Shown here: piece after piece, positions 54,383-64,000 of the stretch
How the letters are laid out: the number at the start of each line of letters is the position of its first letter
Numbering within the stretch: position 1 is the stretch's first letter
Origin: Flaccisagitta enflata
Taxonomy: Eukaryota
Length of the DNA stretch: 64,000 nt
Direction: 5' to 3'
Assembly: GCA_965153355.1 (NCBI GenBank)
Contig: OZ231126.1
Span: forward strand, 21,514,001 to 21,578,000
Translations under genes and position numbers: made by a program
Notes under the pieces: generated by a model
What the model saw: the letters and a program-made list of their open reading frames with translations, nothing else
Databases searched by the model: none
What the model was told of the DNA's origin: nothing

Positions 54383-55130
54383 GAAGAAGAAGAAGAAGAA
54401 GAAGAAGAAGAAGAAGAAGAAGAAGAAGAAGATGCAGAAGAAGAAGCAGCTGCAGAGGGAAGCCAAGTTGATGATGAAAGTACGGCCAACAAACAACAGA
54501 GTTGAGCTGCCGACGCCGACGCCTTCGAGGCCGTCAGCGCCACCGCCGCCGATTCTGTTGCCACCATCGCTTCTGTTGTCACCACTGCCTCTGTTGCCAC
54601 CACTGCCACTGTTGCAACCACTGCTTCTGTTTTCACCACTGCCTCTGTTTTCACCACTGCCTCTGTTGCCACCAGTGCCTCTGTTGCCATCGTCGCCAGT
54701 GCCGCCACCGCCTCAGCCTCCGCCTCGGCCAATGTCCAGGAGTCCCAAGTATCATTTTCGAGCTTTTACCATCCAAACTCAAAAGCCACCGTCACCTCTG
54801 TTGCCGCCTCTGTGGCCACTGACGTCACCGCCGCCCCTTCTCCGCCTTCATCCAAGAGTCCCAAGCATCATTTTCGAGTTGTTACCATCCAACTCCTAAG
54901 TCACCGCCACCTCTGTTGCCTCTGCCTGTACTATCTTGGTTTCCGTCTCTGTGGCCACCGCCACCACCACCAACACCATCACCGCCACCGCCACCGCCGC
55001 CACCGCCGCCACCAACGCCCCTCCTCCGCCCTCGCCCAGGAGTCCCAAGCATCATTTTCGAGCTGTTACCATCCAAACTCCAAAGCCACGTGCAAAATCC
55101 ACGTTAGCGAGAGCGGAAGATTAAGAGAGG

Positions 55131-55810
55131 AACCAGTCGCCCAAGGGCAATATGTGGTCAGCGATACCCGTTGCCCTGCAATTCGTGTCGGTGATCGTTG
55201 GTGATGAGTAGCAGGGCAGCGGCCCCAAAGAGGACGATGTCCTGAAGAACACAGGGGGACTTTCGTTCGTTCGTCCGTCCGTCTGTGTGTCTGTGCAGAT
55301 TTGAGTCTTGAGGCTGGGATTTGAACCTTGAGGCTGGGATTTGAGCCTTGAGGTGAGCCTTGAGGCTGGGATTTGAGCCTCGAGGCTGGGCTTTGAGCCT
55401 CGAGGCTGGGATTTGAGCCTCGAGGCTGGGATTTGAGCCTCGAGGCTGGGATTTGAGCCTCGAGGCTGGGATTTGAGCCACGAGGCTGGGATTTGAGCCT
55501 TGAGGCTGGAGTTTGAGCTTGGAGGCTGGGATTTGAGCCTGGAGGCTGGGATTTGAGCCTGGAGGCTGAGATTTGAGCCTGGAGGCTGAGATTTGAGCCT
55601 GGAGGCTGGGATTTGAGCCTGGAGGCTAGGATTTGAGCCTCTAGGTTGGGATTTGAGCCTCCAGGTTGGGATTTGAGCATCCAGGTTGGGATTTGAGCCT
55701 TGAAGCTGAGATTTGAGTCTCAAGGCGGGAGGGGGGGACGCACGCACGAACGAACAAAAGTCCCCCTGTGTTCGATAGGACATCGTCCCCTTCGGGGCCG
55801 CTGCCCAAAA
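55131..55810 (-). mobile_element. HINE-like family 2 with an internal 20-bp minisatellite, copy-B specific
   Basis: Shares GGTCAGCG.TACCCG.TGCCCTGC and the GGGCAGCGGCCCC sub-TIR with 28699-29200; (GAGGCTGGGATTTGAGCCTC)n at ~55297-55722; absent at ~30263. Confidence 0.87.
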
Positions 55811-56020
55811 AAGAGACAGTGACGCCCTTTTTACGGTCCCTTTCTTCTCTTTACGTCCTTCCGTTTGTTAAAGTGGACATTTTCATGGAAGATAAGAAAA
55901 AATATTTTCTTACTTTCCAATTTGATGAACCGGCTTTTCTTTCACACCATCATTCAAGATTGTTTTGATTAGTTTCATGGTTGCCTAATCGACAAGGGAT
56001 TTGATAAGTAAGTTGAGCAG

Positions 56021-56362
56021 TACGCCGATTGCATCCCGTGACTTTGCTGAATCGCTCCAGTGCGCCCCCTTCATAATGTGACACTCACGATTTTATTTCA
56101 AACAAGCCAATGCGCAGCTTTCTACCTTGATGGGAACCTTTTTAAAGCTCAATTTGAAATTAACAAAGAAAATAAAAGGATTTTCTTATGGGGATTCTTA
56201 AGGGGATTTTTTCCCTTTGATTTCAATGTAAACTTTAAACGGGCCCTTAAAAAGGTTCCCATCAAGCTAGAAAGCTGCGCATTTAGCTCGTTTGAAATAA
56301 AATCGTGAGTGAAGGGAGCACATAAGAGCGATTTAACAAAGTGCCGGGATGCAATCGGCGTA
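56021..56362. mobile_element. Palindromic MITE, homolog of 30475-30825
   Basis: TACGCCGATTGCATCCCG...CGGGATGCAATCGGCGTA; flanks TTGAGCAG / ATGACCAG. Confidence 0.88.
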
Positions 56363-56661
56363 ATGACCAGATGGACTCATTAACGCTCCTATAAGGTTTT
56401 GGGCGCATCGATCGGTCGTTAGCTCTTGTACCATCCTCTATCTATATCTTACCTTTCTTGTCTTCTCCTTGTCTTTTCCTTGTGTTTTCTGTGTCTTTTC
56501 CTTGTGTTTTCTTTGTCTTTCTCCCCCTGCTAGTCGTCGTCTGCTCTCATCTCTCGCTTCCGGTGGTGACTTTAAGTTTAACGACATTCTAAATCTTTTC
56601 TCCTCTCTTCATTGCCCGAGTTTATCTACCGCTACTCACTTTGCACTTGCACTCTCTCCTT

Positions 56662-56759
<98 letters not shown>

Positions 56760-56837
56760 TCTCTGCTCCCTTCCGTGTAATCAAATCTATCTTGATGCCA
56801 TCCCATACATCTTAATCTTCGCAAAGGGAGCTGAGAG

Positions 56838-56890
<53 letters not shown>

Positions 56891-58436
56891 GCGACAGTAT
56901 AGTGATGAAAGAAGTGAGAGTAGAAAAGCTCACCTTTTCCTATCGCTTTTCGTCTGACAATTTTTTCTTCTCGTCGCTTCTTGGCTCTTTTTTTCCTTTC
57001 CCTATTTTGCTCTTCACTGTTGCTAGAAATGATGTTTTTTTTTTGCCTAACCTTAGCTTGCCGATATTAGCTCAAGTTTCTTTTCCCGTGATTTGTTCCG
57101 TCCTTTTCCCGTCTATTCCGCCTTCCTCTCGCTTCTTCGTTTTTTTTTGCGTGCAAGGTCGAGAGTTGAGTCAAGCGTGCTTTCTTGCGCACCTTTGATG
57201 CGAGCTTTGAATGAAAGAGAAACCGCGGCCGACCTTCGTGCAAGAAATGGGCGACCTTCGTGTGCCTGAGCCAGACTAGGGCGACCTTCATGTGCCTTAG
57301 CCTGACTATGGCGACCTTCATGTGCCTTAACCTGACTAGGGCGACCTTCGTTTGCCTGAGCCTGACTAGGGCAACCTTCGTTTGCCTGAGCCTAACTAGG
57401 GCGACCTTTGTGTGCCTGAGCCAGACTAGGGTGACATTTGTGTGCCTTAGCCTGACTAGGGCGACCTTTGTCTGCCTGAGCCTGACTAGGGCGACCCTCG
57501 TGAGCCTGAGCCTGACTGGGGCTACCTTCATGCCTATGCCTGACTAGGGTGATCTACATGTTTGACTGGGATGACATTCAGAAATGGGCGACCTTCGTGT
57601 GCCTGAGCCAGACTAGGGCAATGTTCTTGTGCCAGAGCCTGACTAGGGCGACCCTCGTGTGCCTTAGCCTGACTAGGGTGACCTTTGTGTGCCTTAGCTT
57701 GATTAGGGCGACCTTCATGTCTATGCCTGACTAGGGCGACCTACGTGTGCCTTAGCCTGACTAACATCTGTCTCATAATTATCGTCACACACATATGTTT
57801 TCACCAATTTGGGGTTGATATCAACAGTGCTGATAGATGTTTTGCAGTTTTATCTACGAGTTTGACTGGGACGACATTCATAAAGGGCGGCCTTCGGGCC
57901 TTTATATACGAGTTTGCCTGATATGACCTATATACTTGCCAATGACGACCTTCGGGTTTGACTATGTTTCTGGCAGCTTTTGTAGCTGACTAGGCCGTGA
58001 CAAACATTTCTGAAATTTCTTCGGGATTCAGCAAGCAGTGAATCAAGTTTCTTCGGAATGACAAATGTACTTCATAGGAGAAATTTCTTTTTATTTCAAA
58101 ACAGTTTTCAGCTGTGGACTCAAAAGTAAGTCTTAATGTAAAATTGGAGATATTTCATCTTGAATTTTATGTCTCATAAACTTCGAAATTTAATCTTTTA
58201 TATTTTCAATGGATCAACTAAATCTAAATCTAACCAATATCCAACCTATATTTCAAAGTTTCCTCTTCCATCTAACACCTGAGGCAAAAGATAGGCAGAA
58301 GAGAGAATCAAGCGGAATGATTGAAGAGCCGCCAAACTGCTTTTCCTCCCTTTTCATATAACAAATAGAGAGAGAATGAGAGAGAGAATGTCTCCGTTAG
58401 AAACTGAGGTGGGAAAGTGTGTGAAAAAGTGTGAGA

Positions 58437-58532
<96 letters not shown>

Positions 58533-58643
58533 GTGCGTGTGTGTGGGGGGGAAAGGTGAGGGGAAAGGAGACTAGAAAAGGTGAGAAAGTTAAGGAAGGA
58601 CAAATGTCCGATGAATCAAAGGCCTCCCCAGGGAGAGGAAAGA

Positions 58644-58679
<36 letters not shown>

Positions 58680-59493
58680 CAGACAGAGACAAAGACAGAC
58701 AGCAAACAGGTACAGTTTTGAGCCACATTGAATGAATGAATGAATGAATGAATGAATGAATGAATGAATGACAGCAAAGAACAGGGAAGAGATGTAGTGA
58801 TGGAGAGACAGAGGTCGATGAAGAGAGACAGAGACAGAAAAAGAAAAAGAACGGGAAAAGAAGCGCAGTGGACTCGAAGAAAAATGGAATGGAGAAGCAA
58901 ATCAACGCAAAGGTTGACCGAGAAATGCAGATGATGGCGGAAGACTGGTTAGAGGATGGTGGAGGATGGGGCAAGTGAGGGTTGAGGATGGGGCAAGTGA
59001 GGGTTGAAGATGGGGCAAGTGATGATGGAGGATGGGGCAAGTGATGTTGGAGGATGGGGCAGGTGAGGGTGGAGGATGGGGCAAGTGATGGTGGAGGATG
59101 GGGCAGGTGGATGAGGCATCTGGGGGGAAAATGGGAAAATATTATTGGTGGTGGAAAGGGACAAAATAAAGTAATGAACAATAATCAGAAAAGAAAATCA
59201 TTTGACACTTAGGTTAAGCGGCCTTACCATATAAAACCTTTTGAAGTTGAAGGGCGACATTCGAAATAACTAATAAGGCTGATTATCATCTTTCTTTGTT
59301 TCTTTTTTTCTTTACCATCATTCAAGTTGTGAATTGGGTTATCGGCGTAAATTGTGTTGCAATAGGAAGGTGAGGGACGGTTTTGTAGTTTTCAAATCAA
59401 ATTATAGAAAAAAATGAATCTAGTTATGAATTTGACATGTATTCAGGCGTTCAAACGTTAATCTTCTTGATACATGAAGGTGAGTGAAAAGGA

Positions 59494-59935
59494 AACAAGC
59501 CCAAGAGGGCAAAAGTCGCATGCATCTGGAAATGACAAACAAAAGAGCAAAAACAGGTCAAAATGTTAAAAATGTTGAATAATGTTGAAAAATGTTGAAA
59601 AATGTTAAAAAATGTTAAAAAATGTTAAAGAATGTTAAAAAATGTTAAAAAAGGTTAAATGTCAAAAAATGCTAAAAGATGTTAAACAAGGCCGGATACA
59701 CGGCCAATACCAGTCGCGGACGGGTGGGCAGGGGCAGAAATGCGCCTTTTTCGCACTCTCTCAACTCGATCACCATGGACCAACCAACCAACCGGCCGAC
59801 CGACGGACGGATGATCTGAGCTTTGACATACAAAAACCGTCACATGTCACCAATATTCACTGAAAATTTCATGACTTTTTTCCAAATGATTTAGGAGCTA
59901 TAAAGGTTTTGCATTTCGCAGTCCGATCTTAAGAC
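59494..59935 (-). mobile_element. Nested, truncated HINE-like insertions replacing ~360 bp of copy-A sequence
   Basis: AACAAGCCCAAGAGGGC hairpin end, (AAAATGTTAA)n array, nested AACAAGGCCGGATACACGGC at 59685; homology to A resumes at TAAAGACGACGGTCAA. Confidence 0.65.
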
Positions 59936-60172
59936 GGTGTAAAGACGACGGTCAACAGATGACGATGGAGGAAAGGTCTGAGAGATGAGGCATCATTCCA
60001 CATGCTGGCCATTGACCGAGATCGCCTCCTGCTCTTCCTCTCCCTCCTCTTCCTCCTCCTCTCCCTCCTCCCCCTGCTTAGTGCTCACTCTCTATTTATG
60101 AGTCTACTGCGGGTGACCGGAACTCCCTGTCGCCGCCATTTTACCATCACTCCTTCTGTTTACTCACTTTGA

Positions 60173-60289
<117 letters not shown>

Positions 60290-60769
60290 ATGCCATTCTA
60301 ACGGCGAGCCTTGTTTTGACGCGAATTTACTTTATTCTCCCCTTCTTCACCTCATCAATCCTCATGCTCTTTTATTCGTATATTCCTTCTTTCCGAGTCT
60401 CGTCTGCTTTTCTTCTTTCCTTTCTTCGTTTATTCTTTCCTTTCTTCTTTTTTAGTCGCGTGCACGCGACTCTTCAACCCGCTTTGTCCGTCTGTCCGTC
60501 GGTTGGTCGGTTGGTCACACTTTACTTTTTTTATGATTTTATTTCTTTGCCCTCACTGCTCCTGCCCAAATGGTCTGGTGACCTCAAATATGGCCCCTGC
60601 CCACCGGCATGTGACTTCGGTAGCCGTGTATCCGGCCTTGTTTTGTTCTCTTTCCATATTTTCCTCCTAAACTTCCGCCTCTTTCTTTTTTCTTTACTCT
60701 TTTTCATGTGTTGACCTCCTCTATCATTTCCACCCCCGCTCTGACATTTATGTAGTCGGTGTTGTTGTT

Positions 60770-60830
<61 letters not shown>

Positions 60831-60963
60831 GACATCTCCGTAACACATTATCCAACTTTTTTCTTCTTCCACTCTTTTTTTCATTTTCCTCTTTTCCTCT
60901 CATTTCCCTATTTTTTCTTTAGTCTAATTTTCTATCTGGTTCATTCATATTTCATCAGATTTA

Positions 60964-61739
60964 CAGGGTGTCCCAGGTGAGTTGTAACATAAAGAATCGA
61001 CATATCTCTGCTTCTAAATCATCAAATCAATTCTGAAAAAAGATCTAAAAAGATCTTGGTCTGCACTTTTTGCATGCAAAATTTCATGACAATCGGAGCA
61101 TTTGTCTAGGGTCCACATTTCTTTGAAATACACAAGTGATTTCTGACCATGTCTTTGCTTGGTTTTTTACTTTTTACTGTACTTGGAAGTAGCTGTCTTT
61201 AACTGCTTCGCATTTTTTAACCAATTGAGCTAAAACCCTGCGATTGGTTTCAAATGGCAGATAATTTGTCAGAGATTTTAGATTACCAAAAAGATTTAAA
61301 AGTTTCTTAAAATTTTGTGAGATTTTCATTAATTTCTTTCAGATTATCCCTTTTGATTTTGACAATCTTTGACTAAAATCATCAATAAAGTCATTAATTA
61401 TCAAAATTTCCCAAAATTTCAAAGCAGATGTACAAACTATGTATAAACATCTTTCAATTGAGACCAATCCCAGATTTTTATATCAATTTGTCAAAGAATG
61501 GTAGACGGTTAAAGTCAGCTACTTCCAAATACAGCTATAAAAAAGATAATTTTCCACTAAATGTTACCACTCATTTGATATTGTTCTGACCGGCAACTAT
61601 CCAAAAATTCAAGTTGAAGTTTGGTTTAACAAAAAGTGCAAATCTAGATCTCCATAGATTTATTTTCAAAATTTTTTTTGAGGACTTAGAAGCAGAGATA
61701 TATCGATTCTTTATGTTACAACTGACTTGGGACACCCTG
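60964..61739. mobile_element. Tc1/mariner-type MITE, TA TSD, copy-B specific
   Basis: TA-CAGGGTGTCCCA...GTTGTAACATAAAGAATCGA / TCGATTCTTTATGTTACAAC...TGGGACACCCTG-TA; empty site CAGATTTAGATATTC at ~36818-36832. Confidence 0.93.
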
Positions 61740-62962
61740 TAGATATTCTGAATATTCTGAATATATTTGGACTGATAATTAACTTGATAACTTCGTCCGA
61801 ATTTTACTATTTCAATTTCAAGTTTAGAGATGCAAATCATGTATTAGCTGTTGATGACACAAAAGACTGACGCAAAACGAGCACCAATCCATGCTACACA
61901 TTTTCACAAAATGTTGCACAGTTAAACAAGCAACGAACAAAAAACAATACAAGGTATCATCATTATAACGTTTATTTTCGTCAAAATATGATGCGGCAAT
62001 AAGAATATTAGGTCTTTCTTTTTTTTCAAATCAGGGTTCGAGACTTTCTTTTCATGTTTGTTGGGAGAAGTTAACGAGTAACTCTGTACATCTGTCTTAA
62101 TGGCCTGTAATTCCCCTTTCGACTCTTCTCCTTGGCAACCCCATAAAATGGGTCTTACTGTTCTCCGTCTAAAATCATCAAAAATATTCTAAGTCCGGGA
62201 TTTTCTGACTAGCTATCTGTCTCTCTGAATTGATCTCTGACTTACCAGCAACTGTCACGGTTTAATTTCCTATCATTAGTCTGTCGATAGCCTCTTTTGA
62301 CATGAAAACACCCCAGCCTTCCCACGAATGTCTCAGCATCCCCATACCACACCACGGAAACTGGAGGCTAAAATAAATTCCTTTTTTAATGAAACAAGAT
62401 ATTTTTTGTACGATTGAGATTTTATTCAATAAACAGGAAGATGAACTTTAACAAAAGCAATGCGCGGTATGCAATGGCACAATTTTCTCCATTTGTCGGT
62501 CTTTCTTGGTTCGTCTGTCTCTCTCTCTGCCCTGCCCACTCACACGCTACTGGGATAGCCGTGTATCCGGCCTTGATACCTATCCAATTTAACGCCTCAT
62601 GTTAAATCAATATCTATACTACTTACTAGGTTTAAGGATAATGAAGTTTAATGGCGATTGGAATGTTAAAGCCATCCCTTGCTTAAAAGAGCATCTCCAC
62701 AAATGACCTGTACGGAATACTGGGTTAAGAAATATTAGGACCTGTAATGCTGTTTGAGATGATGTTGAGAGGATGTTTCAGTGAAGTCCATTGTCCAATC
62801 AAGGTCCCAGAGAAGAAATCGCCATGTTTTCTCCAGCCGTTGTTTCTCTGTGTTAGAAAAAAAGATTGATCATGTTTTTGTCTGTCTGTCTTTCTCTCTC
62901 TGTCTCTCTCTGTCTCTCTCTGTCTCTCTCTGTCTCTCTCTCTGTCTTTCTCTCTGTCTCTC

Positions 62963-63075
<113 letters not shown>

Positions 63076-63173
63076 CGCTCTCTCGCTCTCTCGCTCTCTC
63101 GCTCTCTCGCTCTCTCGCTCTCTCGCTCTCTCGCTCTCTCGCTCTCTCTCTCGGCGTGATTCTAGTGAAAATA

Positions 63174-63300
63174 AACAAGGCCAAGTAGGCCAATAAGGTG
63201 CGACGTGTGGATCGTCGAATGAATGCGTTACCAACCGACAGACCGACCGACACGCCGACGGACATAGCCAGTTATAGAGGTGCTTTGTCGCACCTAAAAA
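63174..63300 (-). mobile_element. HINE-like family 3 (related degenerate copy at ~11170-11280)
   Basis: AACAAGGCCAAGTAGGCC hairpin end, sub-TIR AGGTGCGAC, terminal AGGTGCTTTGTCGCACCT-AAAAA. Confidence 0.8.
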
Positions 63301-63534
63301 CGCGTTTCTTCCCGTTGAACGCGTTTACAGCATGAACACATACTTTTCAATTTCACTGTCCCAAGAGGGAGTGAGTAAAATGAGTGAGTGAGCCCGTGAA
63401 CGGAGCAAGATAAGCGAGCTGAGCAAAGCGAAGCGCTGCATAGTGAGTGAGCGCTGCATAGTGAGTGAGCGTTGCGAGCGAATGAACGTAACAAGCGGCC
63501 AATTTCAAACGCGATTGTCTCTGACTAGAAATTT

Positions 63535-63662
<128 letters not shown>

Positions 63663-64000
63663 TCTCTCTCTTTTTTTTTGTCACACAAACCTCGTCAGAA
63701 CTCGTCAATGCTCGCAAGCGTTTTCTGCCGCTTTTCCAAAACTGAAAATCAGCGGTTTTGCATTGCCGTTGCGTTTTTTGTCTCGTTGTTCATGATGAAG
63801 ATGCAGCCATGAACGTAGACGTTATTAAAGCTGTCATTAGCTGGAATAAAACATAATATCTTTGATCATTTTTCACTGCGAGTTACACGTGTACGCGTCT
63901 ACGCATTCCTCTCATGTGCATAAGCGAACCAACTGACAGAAAAAACGATGGAAGGCCAGATGGTTCGACATAGCAGGGTGCAGAGTTGTGTAGCACGGAA

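Overview
Repeat-dense eukaryotic (invertebrate animal-type; inferred) nuclear DNA. It is rich in (AG)n/(CT)n, (CA)n, (GAA)n and (TTG)n microsatellites and in non-autonomous DNA transposons, and has a 10-N scaffold gap at 45735-45744. Almost all ORFs in the supplied track are low-complexity artefacts. Main structures: (1) one credible gene, a four-transmembrane MS4A/CD20-like ORF at 41485-42039 (+). Its reading frame continues, through one inferred intron and four in-frame stops with no frameshift, into a second homologous 4-TM domain ending at 43108. (2) Two diverged copies of an ~11.5 kb ancestral segment (A ~21271-37529, B ~47491-62088) that differ by ~15 reciprocal transposon insertions, nearly all with clean empty sites, so element ends and target duplications can be read directly. 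B may be a true duplication or an uncollapsed haplotype. (3) Many Helentron-associated (HINE/DINE-1-like) elements, a TC...CTGG Helitron, hAT-, MULE- and Tc1/mariner/pogo-type MITEs, a 1.95 kb foldback element, and several satellites. No RNA gene, CRISPR array or intact transposase was recognised. All family assignments are by eye, without database searches.
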